Origin: Gemmatimonadales bacterium
GTDB lineage: Bacteria; Gemmatimonadota; Gemmatimonadetes; Gemmatimonadales; GWC2-71-9
Assembly: GCA_046262715.1 (NCBI GenBank)
Contig: JBHEMG010000045.1
Location: 986-64,985 of the forward strand
DNA: 64,000 bases
Direction: 5' to 3'
This document shows positions 7,986-17,652 of the stretch, in pieces. The notes below the pieces were generated by a model that saw nothing but the letters and a program-made list of their open reading frames with translations, was not told where the DNA came from and ran no database searches. Numbering within the stretch: the first letter of the stretch is position 1; every line of letters begins with the position of its first letter. Made by a program: the position numbers and the translations under genes.

Positions 7986-10143
7986 ACTACGTCAATTGCG
8001 CGTCCTACCCTGCCTGGTGCTCGTCGCGGTCGCGGCGACAACCGCCCTCCCCGCTCAAGAACAGGAGCGGGTAGTTCGGGCTCTGTCGTTTGTCGGTAAC
8101 AGCGCGATCGACGACCTGACGCTCGAAAGCGCGATCGCCACAACCAAATCGAGTGCATGGGCACGGTACGGCTTCGTCCGCTGGCTGGGTCTCGGCGAAA
8201 AGCGCTACTTCAACGAGATCGAATTCCGGCGGGACGTCGTCCGGCTGATTCTTCTTTACAGGCAAAGCGGCTACATGAACGCGGTCGTGGACACGCTCGT
8301 GCGCCGCACTCCGCGCGACGTGTACGTCACATTCCGGATTCATGAGGGAGAGCCGGTGCGAGTGGCCCGGCTCGACATCACGGGTCTCGATCAGATTCTC
8401 AGCGTCGCAAAGTTGAAGCGCGACCTGCCGCTGCAGGTAGGCGATCCATTCAACCGCTTCCTCATGCAGGCCTCCGCCGACACCATCATCGCCCGGCTGC
8501 GCAACGGTGGGTATCCGTACGCCGAGGTGCTCCGGAATTTCGACTCGGAAGCCGGGGTGCTGCGCGCCGAGGTGACGCTGGACGCGGAGCCCGGGCCGCG
8601 CATGCGCATCGGAGCCGTAGAGATTCGCGGCTTGCGCGACGTAGACACCGGGACAGTGTGGCGCGTCATGTCGGTGCGACCGGGCCAGCGATTCAAGCAG
8701 GACGCGCTCTATCAGACGCAGCGCGATCTCTACGGCATGGGCGTGTTCAGCTCGGTCAACGTCGCGCTGGTGGACTCCATCGCGCCGCAGGGACCGATCG
8801 CGAGTGATTCGGTACGAATCGTGGTGCATCTCGTGGAGGGCCCCCGGCATCAGGTGCTGCTCGGCGGAGGGTACGGGAGCGTCGAGTGCTTTCGCGTGCA
8901 GAGCGGGTGGTCGGCGCACGACTTCCTGGGCGGGGCGCGTACGCTCGACGTCTCCGGACGGGTGTCGAAGTTGGGCGGTGTGCCCAAGGGTTCGACCGGT
9001 TTCGATCAGCTCTGCAATCCCTTCGGCGGTCGCTGGTCGCTCGACACGGTCAACTACAGTCTCGGTCTGACGATCCGGCAGCCGGCGTTTTTGTCGCGCT
9101 CGCACGTCGGGTCGCTGGGCTTTCTCGCGGAGCGGCATTCGGAATTCTCGGTGTACACGCGGGAAGCGATCGGCGGGAACGCGGATGTCACCTTGAACGC
9201 GCGGGGACGCTTGCCGGTAACGGTCGGTTACGGCTACTCCCTGGGGCGCACCAAGGCGAGCGCCGGCGTCTATTGCTTCCTGTTTCGCCTTTGTGATGCG
9301 GGGAGCCAGGACTTTCTGCGCAAGCGGCGCAGCTTCGGCGCGGTCACGGTGACGCTGGTGCGCGACCGCGTGAACAACATTCTCGATCCCACCGAGGGCA
9401 GTCTGCTGACCGCCTCGCTGCTGCACGCCTCGCGACTGGTGGGTTCGGACTCGACCTACGAGTTCAACCGCGGCGAGCTGGAGATAGCGAAGTACTATCC
9501 GATCGGGCGGCGCAGCGCCTTCGCCTGGCGGATCCGCGGCGGCACCATCCTTCCCCGGAAGATCACGTTATCGGGTCAGAATGTCGGCTACGTACCGCCG
9601 GACCAGCGATTCTACGGTGGCGGGCCGAACTCGGTCCGTGGCTACGGCCGTAACGAGCTGGGCCCGCAGGTCTACCTCTTTATCGGCGACACCCTCGCGG
9701 CCGGCGCAATCGACTCCGCCGCCACGGCGCGGGCCGGCGGTGAAAAGGTGTTCCGCAACGTGCAGACGCGACCGACGGGCGGGAACACCGCCATCATCCT
9801 GAATGCCGAGCTGCGGCTGCCCTCGCCGATCCTGGCGTCGCGCATGCGCCTCGGCGTGTTTGTCGATGCGGGTCAGGTGTGGGAGCGCGGTGAAGAGATC
9901 GTGTCGCTCAGCGGCATGCGGGTCACGCCGGGCGCCGGCGTACGCTTCACCACACCGCTCGGGCCCGTGCGCATCGACGTTGCCTATAACGGATATCCAG
10001 CGGAGCGGGGGCCGTTGCTGTTTCAGGAGAACGAAACCGCCGCTACGGTGACGCAGATCCGCCCGTCGTATCCACCGGTGCGCGCCGATAAGACGTTCTG
10101 GCAAAAGCTCGTCGTGCAGTTTGCCGTGGGACAGGCGTTCTAA
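7930..10143 (+). CDS. tamA: Omp85-family outer-membrane protein (BamA/TamA-like)
   Basis: The ORF has a signal peptide (LPCLVLVAVAATTALPAQ), POTRA-like repeats and a D15/bacterial surface antigen barrel ending ...QFAVGQAF. It is followed directly by tamB. The true start may be the in-frame TTG at 7996, because 7930 overlaps the divergent SBP gene by 56 nt. The TamA versus BamA assignment rests only on the tamB adjacency. Confidence 0.8.
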   Translation: MSKRLTVRSKCRNIASIAKLRQLRVLPCLVLVAVAATTALPAQEQERVVRALSFVGNSAIDDLTLESAIATTKSSAWARYGFVRWLGLGEKRYFNEIEFRRDVVRLILLYRQSGYMNAVVDTLVRRTPRDVYVTFRIHEGEPVRVARLDITGLDQILSVAKLKRDLPLQVGDPFNRFLMQASADTIIARLRNGGYPYAEVLRNFDSEAGVLRAEVTLDAEPGPRMRIGAVEIRGLRDVDTGTVWRVMSVRPGQRFKQDALYQTQRDLYGMGVFSSVNVALVDSIAPQGPIASDSVRIVVHLVEGPRHQVLLGGGYGSVECFRVQSGWSAHDFLGGARTLDVSGRVSKLGGVPKGSTGFDQLCNPFGGRWSLDTVNYSLGLTIRQPAFLSRSHVGSLGFLAERHSEFSVYTREAIGGNADVTLNARGRLPVTVGYGYSLGRTKASAGVYCFLFRLCDAGSQDFLRKRRSFGAVTVTLVRDRVNNILDPTEGSLLTASLLHASRLVGSDSTYEFNRGELEIAKYYPIGRRSAFAWRIRGGTILPRKITLSGQNVGYVPPDQRFYGGGPNSVRGYGRNELGPQVYLFIGDTLAAGAIDSAATARAGGEKVFRNVQTRPTGGNTAIILNAELRLPSPILASRMRLGVFVDAGQVWERGEEIVSLSGMRVTPGAGVRFTTPLGPVRIDVAYNGYPAERGPLLFQENETAATVTQIRPSYPPVRADKTFWQKLVVQFAVGQAF

Positions 10144-13100
10144 ATGCGCCGCTCGCTCGGCGTCGCGCTCTGGTCGCTGGTCGGCCTGCTCGCCTGCTTC
10201 CTCGGCGCCATGAACGCGCTTGTCGGCACGCATGCGGGCCGCATGCTGCTCGCCCGCGTCGCGAGCGCGGCGGTGCAGAGCGCGGTCGCGGGGACGATTA
10301 CCGTGGGCGAGGTCCGCGGATCCCTGCTGACGGGGGTCGTGCTCACCAACGTACGCCTGCTCGATCCCGATTCGACGCTCGTTGCGTGGCTGCCGCGCGC
10401 CGAGCTGGGCTACAACCCAATCGACTTCGCTGCGGGCCGGATCGTGTTCATGGAAGTGCGGCTCGACCGGCCGATCATCAATATCGTCCAGCACGCCAAC
10501 GGCAAGACGAACTTCGTCGAGCCGCTGCGGCTCGGTGAAAAAGACACGGTCAAGGTGAAGCCGCTCGGTCCCGCCGGGCCGCGCTCGCTGATTCTGCTGC
10601 GCAATGTGCAGATCATGGACGGCTCGCTGACGCTGCGGCTGCAAAAGCACGGCCAGGTGTCGAGCGCGAACGAGGAGATCGAGTACTCGGGCGAAGACGG
10701 ACGCTATCGCCTGCGCCGCTTCGAGCACCTCAATGCAAGTCTTGCGGCGCTGCGGATTCAGGCCCCACGGGAACGCGGGGTTCGCATCGACATCTTGCGC
10801 CTCGCGACCGAAAGCAGCGATCCGCGGCTCTCGATCGCCGACGTGTTGGGCCGGATCACCATCGATGGCACCACGTTGGACGTCGATTTGCAGCGCGTGC
10901 GTTTCCCCGGCACGCAGTTCAGCGCCCGCGGGACGGTGCAGTGGCCGCGCGACACGCTGCTGTGGAATCTCGCAATGCGCGCGGACTCCGCCACGCTGAC
11001 CGACATCCGGTTCCTCGATCCGCGGTTCCCGGAGCACGCGGTATTGCGCGGCGGAGTAACGCTCGCGTCGCATGGCGGGCGCGTGCTCGAGATTCAGCTG
11101 CGGCCGCTCGATCTCACGTTCGGTCAAGGCCGGCTCACGGGGCATGTGACGGCGTACAGCGCGGTCGATTCCGGTCTGGTGGCCCTGCGCCAGGGTGATC
11201 TCGTGGCTCGCGATCTCTCGCTCGACTTTGCGCGAGTGTACATCGACTCGCTGCCATTCTACGGGCGACTGACCGGTCAGACGATCGTGGACGGCCCGAT
11301 GAGCGCGCTGAAGATCGAGACCGCATGGTCCTTCCGGGACTCGCTCGTGCCGGGGTGGCCCGAGACGCAAATCCAGGGAAAAGGGGAAGTGGATCTGGGC
11401 GGCCGCGATCTGGGCTTCCAACCGTTCGAGGTGCAAGCCGCCCGCGTCGATCTGGGGACCGTCCGACGCCTCGTGCCGGCCGTCGATCTACAGGGCGAAT
11501 TGGACGCGGCGGGAACGCTGACGGGCACGCTCAAGAACACGATGTTCAGTGGCACACTGCGCCACCATGACGCCGACCGGCCGGTGAGCGTGATTCGGGG
11601 TGTCGTCGGGCTCGATTCGCGCACCGACATCCTGGGCGTATTCGCCGACGTGCACGCCGATTCGCTCGCGCTCGAAGGCCTCACGGCCCGGATCAGCAAC
11701 TTTCCGCTGCGCGGCACCCTGGCCGGCACGATTCGTATGAGCGGCGATCTGGCCGGACTCGAAACGCACGCCGACCTGGGAATGCTGGGCGGCGGGGGCG
11801 CGGTGCGCGGCGACGGCGTGCTGCGCCTCGGCGCGCGCGACGCACATCCAGGGTACGGGGCGCGCCAGTTCACGCTGCGCGCGACCGACCTGAACCTGCA
11901 GCGCTGGATGGCGCGCGGTGGCCCTCCATCACGGCTCAGCTTTACGGCCACGGGCACGGTGGAAGGAGACAGCGTCACCGCGCCCACGGGCGAGCTCGCG
12001 GCGACGCTCGCACCATCGCTGTTCGTCGGCACCATCATCGACTCCGGCGCCGCGAAGCTGCGCTTCGGTGATGGGAGGATCTACGTCGATTCGCTGCGCG
12101 TGCAGCAGCCGGGGCTGCTCACGCGAGGCAGCGGCGGGCTGGGGTGGAGACGGCCCGATCGCGGCACGCTGGCACTCGATTTCGACGCCGACAGCCTGAG
12201 CGTCCTCGACTCGCTCGTCACCTGGCTCGCCGGTCCCGCGCTGACGGGTGCGTCGCGCGAAGACGCGCTGCGCGGCTCCGCACAGGTGCACGTCACGCTC
12301 GACGGCGCGCTCGACTCGCTCTCGCTCGGCGGCGATGCACGGGTCGCCGACCTGTCGTGGCGCGGGTGGCGACTGCCCAAAGGCCGGGGCCGGATCGCCT
12401 ACGAGCCCGGTCCCACGCCGCGCTTCGACATGCAGGCCGACATCGATTCGCTGGGATACGGGCGCCTGGGATTCGGCGCTGTCGCGGCGCGCGCGCACGG
12501 CACGCGCGATTCGCTCACCTGGTTTGCGCGCTCGCGGGTGGGCGACCTGGGCGCGTTTCTCGCCGGTGGCCGATACGCGCGCCCCACTGGTGCCGGTGGT
12601 CTGCAGAACGTCGCGCTGGATTCGCTTGCAGTACTGCTGCCCAGCGGCGTGTGGTTCCTCGAGCGTCCGACGGCGCTTGCGTTCAGCGAGTCGGTCCTGC
12701 ACGTCGATTCGGCCGCACTCAGAAATGCCGGAGGCTCCGGACGGTTCGCCGTCGCGGGTGACTTGCCCGCACGCGGCCCCATCAATGCGCAGGTGTCGTT
12801 GGACAGCTTCCCGCTGACGGGGATCTACGCACTGCTGCAGCACGACACGCTGGGTGTGGCGGGCGCGGTCACGGCGACGATGGCAGCCCGGGGCACGCGC
12901 GCCAACCCGGCGTATGCCGGATCGTTCGCGTTCTCAAACGCCGCGTTCGGCTCTTTTCGCGCGCCGTTCATGGACGGCAACATCGATTACGCCAACCGGC
13001 GGTTGAACGGTCAAGTGCATCTATGGCGCTCGGGCCAGCAGATCCTCAACGTCAGCGCCCATCTACCGCTCGATCTCGCGCTCGTGCCGGTGGCGCGGCG

Positions 13101-14547
13101 CTCGTTGCCCGACACGCTGTCGGTCCCGGCGCGCGCCGACAGCGTGGATCTAGGCGTCCTTGCGGCGGTCACCACAACGCTGCGCCAGGTCGAGGGTGTG
13201 TTCAACGCGGATCTGGGGATCGGGGGCACCTGGGAATCGCCGGTGCTCCGCGGCGGACTGCAAATCGGCAATGCGGCGGCGACGATCCCGACGTTGAATG
13301 TGCGCTATACGAATCTCAACGGCAGCCTCACGCTGCGCGGCGACACCATCAGGGTGGACAGCATTACCGCCACGAGCGAGCGCGGTCGGGCCGAGCTGAC
13401 GGGATATCTCCGGTTGGAGCGCCTCACCAAACCGCTGCTGGCGCTGAACATCACGACGTCCGAATTCAAAGCGCTAGACCTGCGCGGTTACCTGGCGCTC
13501 ACGGCGAGCGGCCGCGTGGCGCTCACCGGCCCCGTTTTTGGGGCGGCGCTCACCGGCCGCGGCACGGTGACGTCGGGCGTGCTGCACTTCGCCGACCTCG
13601 TGAACAAGCGGGTCGTAAATCTCGACGAGCCGTGGGTGCAGGATCTGATCGACACGTCGCTGATCCGCACGCAACGGCTGGGACCCGAATTCCAGAGTCT
13701 CTTTTTCGACAGCCTGCAGATTCAAAACCTGCAGCTGACGATGGGCGAAGACGTCTGGATGCGCTCCAACGAAGCCAACATCCAGTTGACCGGCTCCGTC
13801 ACGGTGAACAAGGCCAAGAGCGTCTATCTCCTGAGCGGCACGTTGCAGGCGCCGCGCGGGACCTATCGCCTGGTCATCGGTCCCGTCACGCGCGAATTCA
13901 TCGTCACGCAGGGGACGGTGCAGTACTTCGGCACGCCCGATCTCGATGCCGCGCTCGACATCTCGGCAAAGCACGTGGTGCACCCACTCCCCGGCCCGGG
14001 GACGGAGAGCCGGGACATTCCCGTCATCGCGCACATCCAGGGCACGCTGCGCGTGCCGAAACTGACGCTCGAGTCCGAGCAGGGCGACAAGTCGCAGACC
14101 GAGCTGATTTCCTACCTCATGTTCGGGAAACCGACGTTCGAGCTGGGCAGCGGGGAGGGGGGATTCGTGCGCGCCACGGCGGCGTCGCTGCTGGCGGGCG
14201 AGCTCGAGCGCACGTTCATATCCGACCTCGGATTGCCGCTCGACTATTTCGAGATCCGGCCGGGCGATCCCACGAACCCCTTTTCCGGAGCGCAGGTCGC
14301 CGCCGGGTGGGCTATCGGGTCGAAGACCTTCCTGGTCGTGAACGCAGGCTTCTGCCAGCAGGTACAGAGTCAGAACCAGTCGCGGCTGGCACAGGCGCTC
14401 GGCGCGAGCTTCCAGTTCCGATTCAGTCCGGAGTGGCGCACCGAAGCCAGCTTCGAGCCGGTGCGCGCGTGCGGACTGGGGAGCCTGTTGCAGGCGCCGG
14501 TCTCGCGCCAGATCGGCCTGGACGTCTTTTGGGAGCGCCGGTACTAG
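10144..14547 (+). CDS. tamB: Translocation and assembly module protein TamB (AsmA-like, DUF490)
   Basis: The 1467-aa ORF has a single N-terminal TM helix followed by a long beta-rich body. The C-terminal DUF490-like segment reads ...SQTELISYLMFGKPTFELG... The ATG starts 1 nt after the Omp85 stop. Confidence 0.85.
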   Translation: MRRSLGVALWSLVGLLACFLGAMNALVGTHAGRMLLARVASAAVQSAVAGTITVGEVRGSLLTGVVLTNVRLLDPDSTLVAWLPRAELGYNPIDFAAGRIVFMEVRLDRPIINIVQHANGKTNFVEPLRLGEKDTVKVKPLGPAGPRSLILLRNVQIMDGSLTLRLQKHGQVSSANEEIEYSGEDGRYRLRRFEHLNASLAALRIQAPRERGVRIDILRLATESSDPRLSIADVLGRITIDGTTLDVDLQRVRFPGTQFSARGTVQWPRDTLLWNLAMRADSATLTDIRFLDPRFPEHAVLRGGVTLASHGGRVLEIQLRPLDLTFGQGRLTGHVTAYSAVDSGLVALRQGDLVARDLSLDFARVYIDSLPFYGRLTGQTIVDGPMSALKIETAWSFRDSLVPGWPETQIQGKGEVDLGGRDLGFQPFEVQAARVDLGTVRRLVPAVDLQGELDAAGTLTGTLKNTMFSGTLRHHDADRPVSVIRGVVGLDSRTDILGVFADVHADSLALEGLTARISNFPLRGTLAGTIRMSGDLAGLETHADLGMLGGGGAVRGDGVLRLGARDAHPGYGARQFTLRATDLNLQRWMARGGPPSRLSFTATGTVEGDSVTAPTGELAATLAPSLFVGTIIDSGAAKLRFGDGRIYVDSLRVQQPGLLTRGSGGLGWRRPDRGTLALDFDADSLSVLDSLVTWLAGPALTGASREDALRGSAQVHVTLDGALDSLSLGGDARVADLSWRGWRLPKGRGRIAYEPGPTPRFDMQADIDSLGYGRLGFGAVAARAHGTRDSLTWFARSRVGDLGAFLAGGRYARPTGAGGLQNVALDSLAVLLPSGVWFLERPTALAFSESVLHVDSAALRNAGGSGRFAVAGDLPARGPINAQVSLDSFPLTGIYALLQHDTLGVAGAVTATMAARGTRANPAYAGSFAFSNAAFGSFRAPFMDGNIDYANRRLNGQVHLWRSGQQILNVSAHLPLDLALVPVARRSLPDTLSVPARADSVDLGVLAAVTTTLRQVEGVFNADLGIGGTWESPVLRGGLQIGNAAATIPTLNVRYTNLNGSLTLRGDTIRVDSITATSERGRAELTGYLRLERLTKPLLALNITTSEFKALDLRGYLALTASGRVALTGPVFGAALTGRGTVTSGVLHFADLVNKRVVNLDEPWVQDLIDTSLIRTQRLGPEFQSLFFDSLQIQNLQLTMGEDVWMRSNEANIQLTGSVTVNKAKSVYLLSGTLQAPRGTYRLVIGPVTREFIVTQGTVQYFGTPDLDAALDISAKHVVHPLPGPGTESRDIPVIAHIQGTLRVPKLTLESEQGDKSQTELISYLMFGKPTFELGSGEGGFVRATAASLLAGELERTFISDLGLPLDYFEIRPGDPTNPFSGAQVAAGWAIGSKTFLVVNAGFCQQVQSQNQSRLAQALGASFQFRFSPEWRTEASFEPVRACGLGSLLQAPVSRQIGLDVFWERRY

Positions 14548-14548
14548 C

Positions 14549-15475
14549 GTGACCCGCACCCGCGCGCTGCTGATCACCAACCCCTTCGCAGCGCGCGCCC
14601 ACGCTCGGGCGGTCACGGTCATTCAGGACATTCTGCAGGGCGGAGGTTGGAGCGTCGACGTGCGCTCGACCGCCGGCCCCGGCGACGCCCGGCGCATCGC
14701 CGAACAGGCGCGCGGCGAAGGATTCGACGTCGTCGTGAGCCATGGCGGCGACGGCACCGCCATGCAGGTGGCGGCGGGTATCGCGGGAAGCGGTATTTCG
14801 CTCGGGCTCATTCCCGGCGGGACGGGCAATGTGCTCGCCGGCAATTTGCGGCTGCCGCGCTCCACGGCTCGCGCGGCGCGCGCGCTGCTGCGTGCTCGGC
14901 GCCACCCGATCGACCTCGGCGTCATCCAACGTCCCGACGGACCGCACTACTTCGCGGTCGCCGCCGGTACCGGCTTCGACGCGCAGCTCATGGCCGACAC
15001 GGGCCTGCAAGCCAAGCGACGCTGGAAGTTGGGCGCGTATGTCGCGCGCGCGGCGTTCACGCTGACGTCCGTGCGCAGTGCCGTGCACCGGGTGTCCGTG
15101 GACGGAGTCTCGCACGAGGTGCGCGCCGCGATGTTGTTGGTCCTGAATTGCGGCCAACTCCCGCCCGGGTTCTTGAAGCTCCGCGCAAACCTCGCTCCCG
15201 ACGACGGCTGGCTCGATGTCGTCGCGCTCGATGCCGACGGCGTGTTGCAGAGCGCGAGCGCGGTGTTCGAGCTGCTGCTCGGCAACGGCGCGGCCAAGGG
15301 CCGGCGTGTGTGGTGGGGTCGTGGGAAGACCGTTCGCGTCGAAGTGCCGGACGGATCGCCGCGTCCCGTGCAGCTCGACGGGGAGGTGACCGGGACAACG
15401 CCGTTCGAGGCAACCCTGCTTCCCGGTGCACTCGCCGTGCTCGTCGGCTCGCGCTTCAAGGCCCACCATGGCTGA
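14549..15475 (+). CDS. Diacylglycerol/lipid kinase family protein (YegS/BmrU-like)
   Basis: The 308-aa ORF has the SHGGDGT and GGTGN motifs of the DAGK catalytic domain. Confidence 0.85.
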   Translation: MTRTRALLITNPFAARAHARAVTVIQDILQGGGWSVDVRSTAGPGDARRIAEQARGEGFDVVVSHGGDGTAMQVAAGIAGSGISLGLIPGGTGNVLAGNLRLPRSTARAARALLRARRHPIDLGVIQRPDGPHYFAVAAGTGFDAQLMADTGLQAKRRWKLGAYVARAAFTLTSVRSAVHRVSVDGVSHEVRAAMLLVLNCGQLPPGFLKLRANLAPDDGWLDVVALDADGVLQSASAVFELLLGNGAAKGRRVWWGRGKTVRVEVPDGSPRPVQLDGEVTGTTPFEATLLPGALAVLVGSRFKAHHG

Positions 15476-16811
15476 CACGCTGCTGCTGGTGGATGATGAC
15501 GCGAGCGTGTTGCGCATCATCGGCCAATACTTCGAGCGGATCGGCTACGACGTGTCGCGTGAGAGCACGGGCGAGCAGGCGGTAGAAACGTTCCAGCGGG
15601 AGCGTCCCGACGTCGTCCTGCTGGACTTGCACCTCCCCGACGCGAACGGGCTCGTGATACTGGAGCGGCTGCGACGTGATGGCGCGGCCGTAATTCTGCT
15701 GACCGGCCAGGGCGATATCGAGACGGCGGTCAAAGCAATGCAGCTCGGCGCCGAAAACTTCCTCACCAAGCCGGTCGACATGACGCACCTGGCGGCGGCG
15801 ATCGCGCGCGTCGCCGAAAAGGTGCGGCTGACGCGCCAGAATGCGCGGCTGCGTGCGCTCGATCACGAGGACGAAGGCGTGCTCTCGCTGGGCGTGTCGC
15901 AGCCCATGCAGGCCCTCGCGCGCCAGATCGAGCTGCTCGCGGCAAGCGAACGCTCCACCGTCCTGCTGCAGGGCGAGAGCGGGACGGGGAAGGGGTGGGT
16001 CGCGCGCATCATTCATAATCTTTCGGCGCGCTCCAAGGGGCCGTTCGTCGAGGTCAACTGCGCCGGTCTCTCGGCGACCTTTCTCGATTCCGAGCTGTTC
16101 GGCCATGAGAAGGGCGCGTACACCGACGCCAAGGAGCGAAAGGTCGGTCTGTTCGAGCTGGCCGACCACGGCACGATCTTCCTCGACGAGATCGGAGAGC
16201 TGGCGCTCGAGCTGCAGCCGAAATTGCTGAGCGTGCTCGAGACGAAGAAATTCCGCCGGCTCGGCGGCACGCGCGAGCTCACGGTGGACGTACGATTGAT
16301 CACCGCGACCAATCGCGACCTGGTGCGGGAAGTGGAAGCGGGAAATTTTCGCGAGGATCTGTATTACCGGCTCAACGTCATGCCGCTCGTGCTGCCACCC
16401 GTGCGCGAGCGCTCGCGGGAAGATCGCCTCGATCTGATCACCAGGATGATCACGGATCTCAAATCGCAGCTTCCCGGCTGTCCCAGCGAATGCACGACCG
16501 AGGTGCTGGACCGGCTGTTAACGGCTGCGTGGCCCGGCAACGTGCGCGAGATGCGCAACGTGCTGGAACGCGCGATGATTCTGAGCCGTGGCCAGCCGAC
16601 GATCGGGCTCGACCAGCTGCCGCCCGACCTCAAGCAGCGGGCGTCGACGGACCGGCGCTATCAGGCGCAATCGCTCGCGGAGATCGAGCGGCAGCATATC
16701 GAGCGCACCCTGCGTCACCACGGCGGGAATCGCACACGGGCCGCGCTCGAGCTCGGGATTTCGCGCGCGACGTTAATTAATAAGATTAAGGCTTACAGCC
16801 TGAACCTTTGA
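15468..16811 (+). CDS. NtrC-family response regulator (REC + sigma-54 interaction AAA+ domain + Fis HTH)
   Basis: The ORF is trimmed to ATG 15468 (MADTLLLVDDD). It has a REC acceptor (VVLLDLHLPD), Walker A GESGTGKG, ESELFGHEKGA and a C-terminal HTH (RAALELGISRATLINKIK). The GAFTGA loop reads GAYTDA (16113-16130). Confidence 0.88.
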   Translation: MADTLLLVDDDASVLRIIGQYFERIGYDVSRESTGEQAVETFQRERPDVVLLDLHLPDANGLVILERLRRDGAAVILLTGQGDIETAVKAMQLGAENFLTKPVDMTHLAAAIARVAEKVRLTRQNARLRALDHEDEGVLSLGVSQPMQALARQIELLAASERSTVLLQGESGTGKGWVARIIHNLSARSKGPFVEVNCAGLSATFLDSELFGHEKGAYTDAKERKVGLFELADHGTIFLDEIGELALELQPKLLSVLETKKFRRLGGTRELTVDVRLITATNRDLVREVEAGNFREDLYYRLNVMPLVLPPVRERSREDRLDLITRMITDLKSQLPGCPSECTTEVLDRLLTAAWPGNVREMRNVLERAMILSRGQPTIGLDQLPPDLKQRASTDRRYQAQSLAEIERQHIERTLRHHGGNRTRAALELGISRATLINKIKAYSLNL

Positions 16812-16816
16812 GGCGC

Positions 16817-16999
16817 ATGGACAAACCGAAGCTGAAGGAACACGACGGGATGGTGTGCCGGTCCTGCGGCAACGAGGAGCGGGCATCGGAGGGTTATCCC
16901 TGCTCGGATTGCGGGACCTTCATTTGTCTCATCTGCACCTTCCGCGGCGTGACGCGCTGCAAAGCCTGCGAAGAAAAAGCCAAGGCCGCGAAAGCCTAG
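16817..16999 (+). CDS. 8-Cys (4 x CxxC) zinc-binding mini-protein, unknown function
   Basis: The 60 aa from ATG 16817 read MDKPKLKEHDGMVCRSCGNEERASEGYPCSDCGTFICLICTFRGVTRCKACEEKAKAAKA. The Cys spacing is CX2C-X11-CX2C-X4-CX2C-X7-CX2C. Third-position GC is high. The ORF starts 5 nt after the NtrC-like stop. Confidence 0.55.
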   Translation: MDKPKLKEHDGMVCRSCGNEERASEGYPCSDCGTFICLICTFRGVTRCKACEEKAKAAKA

Positions 17000-17625
17000 G
17001 CTCCCGCCCGCCGCCGCCGCAGCTCCTCCGCCAGCTCCTCGCGCGGCGCCCCCAGCTCTTTGGCCAGTCTGCTCAACGCGTCTTCCGTCCCCGGCCAATC
17101 CTTGGCCGCCGCCAGCGCCTCCAACGCGACTTCCTCGATGGCCGCCGACCGCTCCTCCAGGTCGCGGGTGCGCACCGCCACCTCGCGCGCCAGCCACTGC
17201 TCCAGCTCGCGGCGATCCACTTCGAGCTGACGCTGGCGGAGCGCGTGCTGCAGCGACAATTCCAGCTCCTCGAGGTCCACCGGTTTGATGAGGTAGTCGA
17301 ACGCGCCAAGTTTGAGGCATTCGACGGCGGTTCGCGGCTCGTCGATGGCGGTCAACATCAGGACGGCGAGATCCGGGTCCTGCGCGAGCACCTTCGGCAA
17401 CAGCTCCACGCCGCTGGTTTCCGGCATGCGGATATCGCACAGCATCGCGTGCGGATGATGTTCCGCGAGTTTCGCAAGCGCTTCGGTGGCATTGGCGGCG
17501 GCCTGGACCTGATAGCCGAGCCGGGTGAGAAAGCGGGTCAGCGCCTGGCGGATGCCGTCTTCATCGTCCACCACAAGCACGGTCGTACTGCCGGGAGACG
17601 TCTTGGGGGGAGTCATGGCCGTCAA
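16996..17625 (-). CDS. Single-domain response regulator with C-terminal coiled-coil tail
   Basis: The ORF has a CheY-like REC domain (VLVVDDE..., MLCDIRMPETSG, YLIKP) followed by about 80 aa of helical, E/R/L-rich sequence with no DNA-binding domain. The start is TTG 17625 or ATG 17616. Confidence 0.85.
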   Translation of the reverse strand: MTAMTPPKTSPGSTTVLVVDDEDGIRQALTRFLTRLGYQVQAAANATEALAKLAEHHPHAMLCDIRMPETSGVELLPKVLAQDPDLAVLMLTAIDEPRTAVECLKLGAFDYLIKPVDLEELELSLQHALRQRQLEVDRRELEQWLAREVAVRTRDLEERSAAIEEVALEALAAAKDWPGTEDALSRLAKELGAPREELAEELRRRRAGA

Positions 17626-17652
17626 CGTTGCCGACGTTATCTTGGCGCGTCA

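Noticed and set aside
9568-11436. A 622-aa ORF on the minus strand, spanning the end of the Omp85 gene and the start of tamB.
   Set aside because: It lies entirely antisense to two well-supported genes. Its translation is Arg/Ala/Gly/Pro/His-rich and low in complexity, with no recognisable motif. This is a typical shadow ORF of a high-GC genome.
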